Below are positions 38,144-47,796 of a stretch of 64,000 bases of DNA, in pieces. The position numbers and the translations under genes were made by a program. Each line of letters opens with the position of its first letter. Position 1 is the first letter of the stretch. This stretch comes from Deferribacterales bacterium (GTDB lineage: Bacteria > Chrysiogenota > Deferribacteres > Deferribacterales > Geovibrionaceae). A model generated the notes under the pieces. That model saw only the letters and a list, made by a program, of their open reading frames with translations, searched no databases and was not told the DNA's origin. The stretch lies in the NCBI GenBank assembly GCA_050253335.1, contig JBFWJG010000006.1:1-64000 (forward strand). Reading direction: 5' to 3'.

Positions 38144-39784
38144 TTATTTTTCAAAGCGGTATTTCTGATCCTTGACAGGAACATACCAGTCTTCAAGGTT
38201 GTATGTCACCCCTGCCGGGGCAGGTGAAACTTCCTTAAACCTTTTGCTCAGAGCTATCAGAGCATTGGGAACATAAAGGAAGGTGTAGGGCTGTTCTTCC
38301 GCGAGGATCTCCTGAAACCTGTCGTAATACTCCTTGCGCTTGGCAGGGTCAAGGGCGTGTCTGCCGCCTTCGATTAGCTGGTCAGCCTCTGCGTTTGAGA
38401 AGCAGATGAAGTTCAGCATCTTGGGGCCGCACTTGGATGAGTGCCACACATCAAAGGGATCCGGATCAACGACTATGTTCCAGCCGAGGACAACAGCGTC
38501 GAACTTGCCTTTATCTATGTACTCGTTTATGAAGGAAGCCCACTCAAGGACTCTTATTTCGACCTTTATCCCGATCTTCTGCCAGCTCTGCTGAACAGTT
38601 TCCGCGATCTTTGTTCTTATGCTGTTTCCCTGATTGGTGAGCAGGGTGAAGGTGAAGGGCTTGCCGTCCTTATCGAGGATTCCGTCTCCGTTGGTGTCCT
38701 TCCAGCCTGCTTCAGCCAGAAGCTCTTTTGCTTTTTCAGGGCTGTATTCATACTTTCTGACATTGTCATTGTGCCACATAGTGCCCGGCTTGTAGGGACC
38801 TTCAGCGGGAACTCCCTCGCCGAAGAGTATTCCGTCTATTATTTCTTGTTTGGGAGTGGCGTATGTGAGCGCCTGGCGGACTCTTTTGTCCTCAAACATT
38901 GGGTTTTTCATGTTATAGCCTATGTAGGCGTAGCTGGGAGCCAGATAGGTGTATTTGTCATAGCTGTTTGTAAACAGCGCCGTGTCCGTCTGTTTGACCC
39001 ACTGGGTCGGCGTGAGCCCCATTATGTCCAGACTGCCGTTGAGCAGCTCCATGAATGTTGTATTGAGATCCGGTATTATGCGGAAAATTATTCTGTCAAG
39101 GTTGGGACGCCCGCCGAAATACTCATCATTGGCTTCAAGGGTGATTGTCTCCCCTGATTTCCACTCCATAAACCTGTAAGGGCCTGTTCCGACAGGGGAG
39201 CGCATGAGTGATGATTTCGCGGCTTCCTTTCCTTCCAGAAGATGCTTGGGCAGAACTGCCATGCTCCAGCTTAAAAGAGCGGGCGCGAAGGGTTCGGCGT
39301 AGCTCACTCTCACCGTGAGCGGGTCTATCACCTCAAACTTTGTCACAAGGCGGAAGTCCGCATCGTAAGAGGTGGGGGTGCTGTTATCGATCATGAATTT
39401 GTATGTGAATTCAACATCATCAGCGGTAAAAGGTTCGCCGTCGTGCCATTTCACATTTTCTTTCAGTTTGAAGGTTATGCTTCTGCTGTCTTCCGCTATT
39501 TCCCATGATTCCGCCAGATCGGGGACGATGCTGAGGTTTTTATCTAGCTTGACCAGACCGTTGTAGATATACTGGGCGACATCGTGGGAGGCGCTGTCAG
39601 AGGTGATGTTATAGATCAGCCCCGAGGCGTCCCCGAGGCTGGATGTTACGAGGGCGTCACCTGTGACACCCTCCCTGCTTTTACGTTTTTCCGCGGATTT
39701 GCCGCTTTCTTTGTCCTTTTCTCCGCATCCGGAAATTAGGGATACGCATAAAACTGCAAGCAGCAGAAAAACAAGTCTTTTCAT
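38144..39784 (-). CDS. oppA: peptide ABC transporter substrate-binding lipoprotein (family 5)
   Basis: Lipobox ISGC; PDLAESW, KWHDGEPFTADDV, PVGTGPY. Confidence 0.92.
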   Translation of the reverse strand: MKRLVFLLLAVLCVSLISGCGEKDKESGKSAEKRKSREGVTGDALVTSSLGDASGLIYNITSDSASHDVAQYIYNGLVKLDKNLSIVPDLAESWEIAEDSRSITFKLKENVKWHDGEPFTADDVEFTYKFMIDNSTPTSYDADFRLVTKFEVIDPLTVRVSYAEPFAPALLSWSMAVLPKHLLEGKEAAKSSLMRSPVGTGPYRFMEWKSGETITLEANDEYFGGRPNLDRIIFRIIPDLNTTFMELLNGSLDIMGLTPTQWVKQTDTALFTNSYDKYTYLAPSYAYIGYNMKNPMFEDKRVRQALTYATPKQEIIDGILFGEGVPAEGPYKPGTMWHNDNVRKYEYSPEKAKELLAEAGWKDTNGDGILDKDGKPFTFTLLTNQGNSIRTKIAETVQQSWQKIGIKVEIRVLEWASFINEYIDKGKFDAVVLGWNIVVDPDPFDVWHSSKCGPKMLNFICFSNAEADQLIEGGRHALDPAKRKEYYDRFQEILAEEQPYTFLYVPNALIALSKRFKEVSPAPAGVTYNLEDWYVPVKDQKYRFEK

Positions 39785-39785
39785 T

Positions 39786-40115
39786 TTACTTCGATTCCAT
39801 GGGCACTTGAGGAGCCGCATCAGAGGGAGCCGCGGGAGCCGTCTGCTGAAGAGGCTGGGGAATCCTGTCAGTGATGCTGCCTGTTGTTCTCTGTTTTGAC
39901 ATAACAGCGAGCCCCAGTGAAGTTATCATGAAAGTGATTGCGATTACTGAAGTAATTTTGTTCATAATGTTTGCGGGCGCACCGGGGCCGAAGAGGCTGC
40001 CGGAACCTCCGCCGAGAGCGGCTGAAAGCTCAGAGCCTTTGCCGGACTGAAGAAGAACGGCGATTATAAGGAGCATACAAACAAAAATGTGGAAAACGAG
40101 AAGATAAGTGTACAT
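39786..40115 (-). CDS. secG: preprotein translocase subunit SecG
   Basis: VLLQSGKG..L...GGG..SLFG, two TMs; follows tpiA. Confidence 0.95.
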   Translation of the reverse strand: MYTYLLVFHIFVCMLLIIAVLLQSGKGSELSAALGGGSGSLFGPGAPANIMNKITSVIAITFMITSLGLAVMSKQRTTGSITDRIPQPLQQTAPAAPSDAAPQVPMESK

Positions 40116-40130
40116 TTAAACTGACCTCTT

Positions 40131-40892
40131 TTATTTGCTGGAATTTATAATACCGAGAAAATCCTCGGCCTTGAGGCTTGCGCCGCCGACCAGAGCGCCG
40201 TTTATATCGGGCTGGTTCATAAGGCCTTTGGCGTTGTCAGGTTTTACGCTGCCGCCGTAAAGAATTCTCAGTTTGTTTGCTATAACCGGTCCGTAGAGGC
40301 TTTTGAGCATCTCGCGGATTTTGGCGTGCATCGCCTGCGCATCCGCCGGACTTGCGTTAACGCCTGTGCCTATAGCCCAGACGGGCTCATAAGCTACAGT
40401 AAGCTGCTCTATTTTGTCAACAGGTACATCTTTAAGCCCTTTGGCAACCTGTGCGGTGACTGTTTCAAAGTGGGCGTCCGCCTCTCTCTCAAACAGAGTC
40501 TCTCCCACGCAGAGAATGACATTCAGCCCGTGGCTGAGGGTAAGGCGCACTTTTTTGTTTATGACTGCGTCGGTCTCCCCGAAAAGCTGTCTGCGCTCGG
40601 AGTGGCCTATGATAACCGTTGTCACGCCCACTGATTTGAGCATGGATATGGAGGATTCACCTGTGAAGGCTCCTTTTTCCTCGGCGGATACGTTCTGCGC
40701 CGCCACTGCGAGCCTGCCCCTGCTGCTGGCTATTGTCTGCTTAACGGGATAGAGAACGGGAAATGCAGGAGCAACAGCGACATCAATACTGTCATAATCT
40801 ATGCTTGCGTGGAGAAGCTTGCCCGCAAGCTCCGCTCCTTCCGCAGCGTCAAGGTTCATTTTCCAATTGCCGACTATATAAGGCTTTATCAT
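40131..40892 (-). CDS. tpiA: triosephosphate isomerase
   Basis: GNWKMN, GAFTGE, IGHSERR, AYEPVWAIGTG, YGGSVK, VGGASL. Confidence 0.98.
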   Translation of the reverse strand: MIKPYIVGNWKMNLDAAEGAELAGKLLHASIDYDSIDVAVAPAFPVLYPVKQTIASSRGRLAVAAQNVSAEEKGAFTGESSISMLKSVGVTTVIIGHSERRQLFGETDAVINKKVRLTLSHGLNVILCVGETLFEREADAHFETVTAQVAKGLKDVPVDKIEQLTVAYEPVWAIGTGVNASPADAQAMHAKIREMLKSLYGPVIANKLRILYGGSVKPDNAKGLMNQPDINGALVGGASLKAEDFLGIINSSK

Positions 40893-41269
40893 TCCGCATC
40901 ACCTTTTCTGGGAACAGCGGTCTTAACGGAACCGCCCATCTCAAGGTTTCCGTTGAAGATAACCCCTTCCTCCATCTGCACGGCAGCGGAGCGTATAGTA
41001 CCGGTGACATTTGCGGGCTTATAAAGTTCCACTTTTGTTTTAGCGGTGATTGTTCCGTCAAATTTGCCTGATATTTTAACCTGTCCTGCCTCTATTTCAG
41101 CCTTCACATTGCCGGAGTTGGCTATGACAAGCGTATCGTTTGTTTTAATGTTTCCTTCAAAATTGCCGTCCATGCGCACAAGCCCGTCAAAGATGAGAGT
41201 TCCCTTGAAGGTGGTGTTCTTGCCGAGAAAAGCGTCGATGCCGCCGTTGTCTTCTTTTCCTTTGATCAT
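40889..41269 (-). CDS. bactofilin (polymer-forming cytoskeletal protein)
   Basis: FLGKNTTFKG..VRMDGNFEG..V.A.I..V.ISG..G.I..EEGVIFNG beta-helix pattern. Confidence 0.9.
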   Translation of the reverse strand: MIKGKEDNGGIDAFLGKNTTFKGTLIFDGLVRMDGNFEGNIKTNDTLVIANSGNVKAEIEAGQVKISGKFDGTITAKTKVELYKPANVTGTIRSAAVQMEEGVIFNGNLEMGGSVKTAVPRKGDAE

Positions 41270-42111
41270 TCTTCGCCTCTGATTCTTTTTATAATCCGGT
41301 CAAGCTCATCGTCCGAGCTGTATCTGATCTCTATGGTTCCGCCGTTTTTGGCTGTTTTGAGTGTGATTCTGGTTTTGAAGAATTCCTCAAGCTCGTCCTT
41401 CAGCCCCATGAGAAAAACATCCGCCTCCGCGCTTTTTTCTGTCTTCTGCGCGGGTTCTTTCTTGAGTTTGGCAACCAGACGCTCAGTCTCGCGGACGGAT
41501 AAGGCTCCTTCGATGACTTTTTTAAGAGCGCTTATTATCTTTTTGTCGTCCTCAAGACCCAGAAGAGCCCTTGCGTGCCCTTCGGTTATGAGGTCTTCCT
41601 TCATGGCTTCCAGAGCCTTGGGAGGAAGGTTGAGAAGACGCAGGGTGTTGGCCACGGCGCTTCTGCTTTTGCCTATGACTTTTGCCACTTCTTCCTGAGT
41701 GTAGCCGTGCTGCTCCATGAGGTTTTTATATGCCGCCGCCAGTTCGTAAGCGCCCAGATCCTGTCTCTGGACATTTTCAATGAGGGCGAGCTCAAGCCTT
41801 TCCGCTTCGCTGTCAACATTTCTGACTATTGCGGGAATCCGCTTGAGTCCCGCAAGCCCTGCCGCGCGGAAGCGGCGTTCTCCGGCGATTATCATGTAGC
41901 CTTCGTCCGTTCTGGTGAGGACAATGGGCTGAATCACCCCTTTTTCCCTGACGGAGGCCACAAGCTCGTCCAGAGGCTCCTGATCGAAGCGTGTGCGGGG
42001 CTGGTTTGCGTTTGCGTATATCAGGGCAAGGTCTATTTCGCCCACCGGAGCTTTTGTTTCATTTTTAGGTATGAGGGATTCAAGCCCCCTTCCTAGAACG
42101 TTCTTTTTCAT
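41266..42111 (-). CDS. parB: chromosome partitioning protein ParB
   Basis: LGRGLESLI, QPRTRF, GVIQPI, IAGERRFRA, ENVQR, SRSAVANTLRLL. Confidence 0.96.
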   Translation of the reverse strand: MKKNVLGRGLESLIPKNETKAPVGEIDLALIYANANQPRTRFDQEPLDELVASVREKGVIQPIVLTRTDEGYMIIAGERRFRAAGLAGLKRIPAIVRNVDSEAERLELALIENVQRQDLGAYELAAAYKNLMEQHGYTQEEVAKVIGKSRSAVANTLRLLNLPPKALEAMKEDLITEGHARALLGLEDDKKIISALKKVIEGALSVRETERLVAKLKKEPAQKTEKSAEADVFLMGLKDELEEFFKTRITLKTAKNGGTIEIRYSSDDELDRIIKRIRGEE

Positions 42112-42878
42112 AATCTGGGAAGTATCTCTTTAGCCAGATCAATGTAGCTGGCCGCTCCTTTAGATTTTATGTCGTATTCTATTATGGACATGCCGAAGCT
42201 GGGAGCTTCGGAGAGCCTGACGTTTCTGGGGACTATGGTTCTGAACATGCTTTCGCTGAAGAACTCCTCGATCTGCGTCATAACCTCTTTGGAGAGGTTG
42301 TTGCGCGGGTCGTACATGGTGAGGAGTATGCCTTCCAGAGCAAGTTCTTCATTAAGGCTTTCCCTGATGAGGCGGATAGTGTTGAGAAGCTGGCCGAGCC
42401 CTTCCATAGCGTAGTATTCGCACTGGAGGGGGATAAGCACCGAATCAGCCGCTGTGAGGGCGTTCACGGTAAGCAGACCCAGCGAGGGGGGACAGTCGAT
42501 GAGGATGACCTTGTATTTGTCCTTCACCTTCTCAAGCTGCTTTTTCAGCCTTGTTTCCCTAGAAAGGGCGGTGACAAGCTCAACCTCGGCCGCTGTGAGG
42601 TTTATATGGCTGGGGAGCAGATCAAGATTGTCCACCTTGCTGGGCACGATTGCCTCTTCTATATCCGCGTTTCCGATAAGCACGTCATAGACGCTGGCGT
42701 ATTCGCCTTTTGTCTCAAAGCCTATTCCGCTGGAGGCGTTCCCCTGAGGGTCCATGTCCACAAGCAGAACCTTTGCCTCGGCAAAGGCGAGGGACGAGCC
42801 TAAATTTATGGCAGTAGTTGTTTTTCCAACGCCACCCTTCTGGTTGGCGATCGCGATTATTTTTCCCATAGAACTCAT
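42108..42878 (-). CDS. parA: chromosome partitioning ATPase ParA/Soj
   Basis: NQKGGVGKTT, DMDPQGNAS, DCPPSLG, QCEYYAMEG, RNVRLSEAPSFG. Confidence 0.96.
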   Translation of the reverse strand: MSSMGKIIAIANQKGGVGKTTTAINLGSSLAFAEAKVLLVDMDPQGNASSGIGFETKGEYASVYDVLIGNADIEEAIVPSKVDNLDLLPSHINLTAAEVELVTALSRETRLKKQLEKVKDKYKVILIDCPPSLGLLTVNALTAADSVLIPLQCEYYAMEGLGQLLNTIRLIRESLNEELALEGILLTMYDPRNNLSKEVMTQIEEFFSESMFRTIVPRNVRLSEAPSFGMSIIEYDIKSKGAASYIDLAKEILPRL

Positions 42879-43128
42879 ACATTAGATAATACCTGTACAA
42901 AAATCAAGATCAATCGCCTGAGCCCGGAAAATAAGCACAAACCTTGAAAATACTGGTGTTTTTGATCCTTTAGCATGCGAAACATGCACTTTTGCGCCGC
43001 AAAGGTGAGAAATTTTTCAAATATGTTGAAAACGTTTGAATTTTTAATATAATTCAAGGGCGGTGAAATCCGTATAAAGGCAGTTTACAGGTTTAAATGC
43101 CCGGTTTGTGTTATAACGAGGTTTGTTA

Positions 43129-44628
43129 ATGAAGATATCATGCAGGAAAAAGACTGCTTTCAACTCAAGAAAAGAGGCGGTGATTATTCCCGTATATAAG
43201 AATATGGGTTCACTTAAATTGCTGACAGGCAAGAGAATAGATGACGAAATCGCCAATATAGTCAACTCCGATTATTTCAACTTTGAGGATAAGGAGATAA
43301 AAAGCTTCTATATCGATATGAAAAAGAAGCTGAAAAGGATTTTTCTTGTTAATGTGCCCAAAGATCCGGAGGATTACAGATATTATCTTGAACTTGGCGC
43401 GCAGTTTTCAAAAATTATCAGAAAAGATAAGCTTTTCTCATTTTCCCTTGTCTCATTTGAAGATGTCTACGCGGAGAAAAAAGAAGGGAGCTACACCAAG
43501 AGCTTCCTTGAAGGGCTGTTTTTCGGTCTCTACTCATTTGAGAAGTACAAAAGCAAAAAGGAAAGCTTCGATTTCGAAGAGGTCGAGGTTATCACTACAT
43601 TCACCAAGCTGAAAAAGTTCATAGACACAGGCGCGGAGAGATGGGCGACTATTTTCCAGAACGTTTATCTGGCAAGGGATCTGATCAACACTCCGCCGAT
43701 GGACATGACACCCGCCATATTCGCAGAAACAGTCCTTGCGGAAGCGGGGGGCGACTTCGGCGTAACCGTTTATGACGAAGCGAAGATAAAGGAAGAGGGG
43801 CTTAACCTCATAGACGTAGTGGGGATGGGCAGTGTGAACAAGCCGAGATTCGTGATCATCGACTACAAAGGTGATCCTTCAAACGAAAAGCACATAGCTC
43901 TCGTGGGCAAGGGCGTTACCTTTGACTCCGGCGGAAGCAACCTGAAACCCACCGGAAGCATGGAGACCATGAAGTGCGACATGGCAGGCGCGGCGACTGT
44001 TTTCGCGGTTACCAAGCTTGCCCGTGAACTGAAGCTTCCCGTAAACATCAAAACATATATACCCCTTGTGGAAAATATGATAGGCGGCAGCGCCTACAGA
44101 CCGGGGGACATCATAACCTCCGCCTCAGGCAAAACCGTCGAGGTTCTCAATACCGACGCCGAAGGCAGACTGATACTGGCGGACGCGCTTTACACCGCCA
44201 CGCAGACCGACCCGGAGGTGATTGTGGATGTGGCAACTCTCACAGGGGCGTGCGTGGTTGCCCTCGGCAGTCACTGCGCGGGGCTTTTCAGCAACAGAAA
44301 GTTCCTCGCCAAGAACATAAGCGATCTCTCCGGAGATGTGGGGGAGGACATATGGGAACTGCCCCTGCTTAAAACCTATGAGAAAAGAATAAAAAGCGAC
44401 ATAGCTGATCTGAGGAACATCGCGAGGCAGAGAACAGAGGCGGGTTCGACCATCGCCGCTCTCTTTCTGCGGGAGTTTGTGGACAATTGGCCGTGGATTC
44501 ATCTTGACATTGCGGGACCCGCTTATCTTGAGGAGGAGCACCCCGTCTTCGGGAAACATGCTTCAGGCTTCGGGATAAGGCTTCTCCTTGAATTTATAGA
44601 AAGGTACTATTGCAGAAATGAAAATTGA
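43129..44628 (+). CDS. pepA: leucyl aminopeptidase (M17)
   Basis: GKGVTFDSGG, MKCDMAGAA, NTDAEGRLILAD, ATLTGAC, HLDIAG. Confidence 0.95.
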   Translation: MKISCRKKTAFNSRKEAVIIPVYKNMGSLKLLTGKRIDDEIANIVNSDYFNFEDKEIKSFYIDMKKKLKRIFLVNVPKDPEDYRYYLELGAQFSKIIRKDKLFSFSLVSFEDVYAEKKEGSYTKSFLEGLFFGLYSFEKYKSKKESFDFEEVEVITTFTKLKKFIDTGAERWATIFQNVYLARDLINTPPMDMTPAIFAETVLAEAGGDFGVTVYDEAKIKEEGLNLIDVVGMGSVNKPRFVIIDYKGDPSNEKHIALVGKGVTFDSGGSNLKPTGSMETMKCDMAGAATVFAVTKLARELKLPVNIKTYIPLVENMIGGSAYRPGDIITSASGKTVEVLNTDAEGRLILADALYTATQTDPEVIVDVATLTGACVVALGSHCAGLFSNRKFLAKNISDLSGDVGEDIWELPLLKTYEKRIKSDIADLRNIARQRTEAGSTIAALFLREFVDNWPWIHLDIAGPAYLEEEHPVFGKHASGFGIRLLLEFIERYYCRNEN

Positions 44629-46627
44629 TACTGATTTTTTCAGGGGCGGCTCTGTTAAAGGGCTTGGAATAGCGGCAGCGGCAATCGCCCTTATTTTTGT
44701 TGTTTCGGCGGGGCTGCGCTATATCCAGCTTGAAAGGTGGCGGGAAAACAGGGACTACTACTTTGTGGACAAAATGCCGCAGATGACAACCCTTGATTCG
44801 TACAAGTGGCTGCGCTATGCGGATGAGTATAAGAAGGGGAGCTACTACCCTTCCGAAAAAGATCCGCTTATGTTTTATCCCGATGTCAAGGCAAAGCATG
44901 AAACAGTTCCCATGATGAGCTGGCTTATCGCCAAGCTCTCTGTTTTTTCAGACGGAAACACATACCGCACGGCAGTGTATCTGCTGCCGTTTCTGGCTTC
45001 GCTTTTCATAATCCCTCTGGGGCTTTACTTCTATTTCACGGGGATGATTCCCGCAGGGATAGCGGGCGGGGCCGCCGGTTCGCTGGGCATAATCTATCTT
45101 GTCCGCACCGCCATAGGCAGGGTGGACACGGATGCGATGAATCTGTTTTTCCCTTTTCTGGCCTCGCTCTTCATGCTTCTCGCCGGAGAGGGGAAGGATT
45201 CAAAAAGGCTTTATGTGCACTCCGCCCTTGCGGGAGCCTCAATGTGGCTTTTTCACTGGTGGTACGAGCACCCCGGGATAACTCTGGCTTATCTGGGCGT
45301 TTTTGCGTTCTTTCTTCTGCTTTCGGGAACCGGGATTAAAAAAGCCGCGGCGGCACTGCTTATTTTTATCGTTTCCGCAAATCCGGTTTATATATATGCG
45401 GGTTTTCATCATATTTTCGACTTCATGAAAACCTATATAACCCCCACAGGGAGCATAGTCGCAGGTTTTCCCGATGTTTACGCCACAATAACCGAAGCGA
45501 AAAAGAGCGATATCTCCCGTGTTCTCGCTTCGCTTACGCCGTTTAAGTTCGTTTCTGTCACAGGGCTTCTGCTTTTTGCCGTGTGCGGTGTTTTTAACTT
45601 CAGGAAAATGCTCCCCCTCGCTCCGGTGTTCATTCTCGGGCTTATGGTTTTTAAAAGCTCAAACAGGTTCGGAATGTTTCTCGCTCCTTTTGTCGGCATC
45701 GGGCTCGGATACGGAATATACCTTCTGGGCAGGCTGCTTGAAAACAGGGCAAAAATAAAAGAGCAGATAAGAACGGCACTGATCACAGGAACCGCCGCCG
45801 CTCTCACGCTTATGATCTACAGCTCCTCCTTTGACTTCAACCCCTCTCCGTCCATCGAAGTGGGGATCTACAGACAGATAAAGGAGCTTAAAAAAGCCGC
45901 CCCCTCAGACGCGGTGATATACTCATGGTGGGATTACGGCCTTGCATATGAATACGCAGGCTTCACAACCTTCCATGACGGGATGACCCAAAGGAGCCCC
46001 AAGACCTACTACATCGCCAAGTCTCTCACATCGGACAGTCAGGAGGAGCTTTACAACACAATAGCGTTCCTTTCCTCCGAAGGGAAAGCGGGCATAGACA
46101 GGATGCTCTCCGAAGGCAGGACGCCTCAGGATATTTCCGCTTTTGCCGCGGATAATTCTCTTCATGTCACGGATGACAAGTATGTTGTTCTCTTCACCAA
46201 GGACATGCTTTTTAAAATAGGCGCTATAAGCCAGCTCGGCACATGGGACTTTGAAACAGGAAAGTTCAGCCCCTTTACCATCATAACCATGCGCTGCACC
46301 CAGAAAGAAGGGGACGTGCTGATCTGCGGCAAGGACAGGATAAATCTCGCCACAGGTCTCGTGAACAACGCTCTCCCGCTCAAAACCCACACGGTTACCG
46401 CGAACGGAAAGCTGTTCAACTCAAGGGAATTTCCCTACACTCAGGGTGTGCATCTCATAGAGAGCAGGTGGGAATCAGGTTTCACTGATTTTCTGATTCT
46501 TGACGAGAAAGCATTCAGATCGAACATGGTTCAGATGTTTGTTATCGGCAATGTTGATAGCTCCCGCTTTACCGAGATTTTCAGCTCTGTGCCTTTTATG
46601 CGGGCTTTTGTGGTTAACGGGCGCTGA
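44618..46627 (+). CDS. pglB: STT3/PglB-family oligosaccharyltransferase
   Basis: TTLDSY, GRVDTD, TITE, SWWDYG, HDG motifs; multiple TM helices plus a soluble C-terminal domain. Confidence 0.88.
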   Translation: MKIDTDFFRGGSVKGLGIAAAAIALIFVVSAGLRYIQLERWRENRDYYFVDKMPQMTTLDSYKWLRYADEYKKGSYYPSEKDPLMFYPDVKAKHETVPMMSWLIAKLSVFSDGNTYRTAVYLLPFLASLFIIPLGLYFYFTGMIPAGIAGGAAGSLGIIYLVRTAIGRVDTDAMNLFFPFLASLFMLLAGEGKDSKRLYVHSALAGASMWLFHWWYEHPGITLAYLGVFAFFLLLSGTGIKKAAAALLIFIVSANPVYIYAGFHHIFDFMKTYITPTGSIVAGFPDVYATITEAKKSDISRVLASLTPFKFVSVTGLLLFAVCGVFNFRKMLPLAPVFILGLMVFKSSNRFGMFLAPFVGIGLGYGIYLLGRLLENRAKIKEQIRTALITGTAAALTLMIYSSSFDFNPSPSIEVGIYRQIKELKKAAPSDAVIYSWWDYGLAYEYAGFTTFHDGMTQRSPKTYYIAKSLTSDSQEELYNTIAFLSSEGKAGIDRMLSEGRTPQDISAFAADNSLHVTDDKYVVLFTKDMLFKIGAISQLGTWDFETGKFSPFTIITMRCTQKEGDVLICGKDRINLATGLVNNALPLKTHTVTANGKLFNSREFPYTQGVHLIESRWESGFTDFLILDEKAFRSNMVQMFVIGNVDSSRFTEIFSSVPFMRAFVVNGR

Positions 46628-46689
46628 ATGTAAAGGATTTGTTGTTAAAATGACAGGAAACTCAAAACAAGTATTGATTTTATCTATAT

Positions 46690-46716
46690 AGTGCTGATAA
46701 TATACTTATCAGCACT
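46690..46716. promoter_or_regulatory. perfect inverted-repeat operator candidate upstream of lysR
   Basis: AGTGCTGATAA-TATAC-TTATCAGCACT overlapping a -10-like GATAAT. Confidence 0.6.
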
Positions 46717-46737
46717 TACTGCTTCAAGGAGTTTCCC

Positions 46738-47634
46738 ATGGATTTTAAACAGATAGAAGCATTCGTCTATGTTGCGAAATACAAATCCTTTTCCCGCGCG
46801 GCTGAAAAGCTTCTGCTCAGCCAGCCCACCATCTCCACGCACATAAGCACCCTTGAAGAACAGCTCGGAGTAAAGCTTTTTGACAGACTTTCCAAAGAGG
46901 TTATCCTCACAGAGGCAGGGCAGGTTTTCTACCCCTACGCCGTGGATATCCTTGACCTGCGTGAGCGTTCACAGGAAGCGATAAAAGAGTTCCTCAACGA
47001 GATCAGCGGGCATCTCCACATAGGCTACAGCACTGTTCCCGCGGAGTTCATTCTCCCCGAGGTTATCAGGAAGTTTAAGGAGGAGTACCCGAAAACCTTC
47101 TTCACCCTTGATATAAACGGAACCCAGAATGTTGTGCAGAGGCTTTCCGACGGAATACTCGACCTTGCCATAGTGGCAAGGAAGATCCCCAAGAAAGACC
47201 TTGAGTACAAAGTGCTTCTGCGTGACAAAATAGTTCTCATTGTTCATAAAAACCATAAGTTTTACGACCGTGCCAGCGTCTTCCTTGAGGAGATTCTTCA
47301 GGAAAGCTTCATCATCAGGGAGATGGGCTCCGGCACCAGGGCGGCGGTTGAACATGCCTTCAAGCAGAAAGGCTACGACTTCGACTCCCTTGACGCAGTG
47401 GCAATGCTCAGCTCCACATACTCCATAAAGCACGCGGTAAAACGTCAGCTCGGCATTGCGTTCATGAGCCAGATGGCGCTCTCAGAGGATGAGTGCGGCG
47501 GAGGAATCAAGGCTATTCCCATAACGGATCTTGTTGTGGAAAAAGAGATCTACGTTGTTTACAGCAAAAAGCGCACTAATAAGAAACTGATGAAGCATTT
47601 TATAGACACGCTTCTGAAACACGCGCGCGAATAA
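46738..47634 (+). CDS. LysR-family regulator (CysL-like)
   Basis: KSFSRAAEKLLLSQPTISTHI..LE..LG..LFDR; REMGSGTR. Confidence 0.93.
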   Translation: MDFKQIEAFVYVAKYKSFSRAAEKLLLSQPTISTHISTLEEQLGVKLFDRLSKEVILTEAGQVFYPYAVDILDLRERSQEAIKEFLNEISGHLHIGYSTVPAEFILPEVIRKFKEEYPKTFFTLDINGTQNVVQRLSDGILDLAIVARKIPKKDLEYKVLLRDKIVLIVHKNHKFYDRASVFLEEILQESFIIREMGSGTRAAVEHAFKQKGYDFDSLDAVAMLSSTYSIKHAVKRQLGIAFMSQMALSEDECGGGIKAIPITDLVVEKEIYVVYSKKRTNKKLMKHFIDTLLKHARE

Positions 47635-47647
47635 AAAATTCCCCGAC

Positions 47648-47674
47648 GGGCGGCTGAAAAAGCCGCTCTTTTTT
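47648..47674 (+). terminator. intrinsic terminator after lysR
   Basis: GGGCGGCT-GAAAA-AGCCGCTC followed by a T run. Confidence 0.8.
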
Positions 47675-47796
47675 CTTTTTTTCCCTTAAACTTCCTGTCC
47701 GCTCGGCCGTCATTATCATTAATGCGCAAACTTTTCTGTACAAAATGAACCTGCGCAGGGTAGTATAAAATCCGTATATTATGCCCGGGGGTAAGT

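Noticed and set aside
42879..43128. Possible oriC or parS upstream of parA
   Set aside because: No TTATCCACA cluster or TGTTTCACGTGAAACA-like site seen; looks like an ordinary divergent promoter region.
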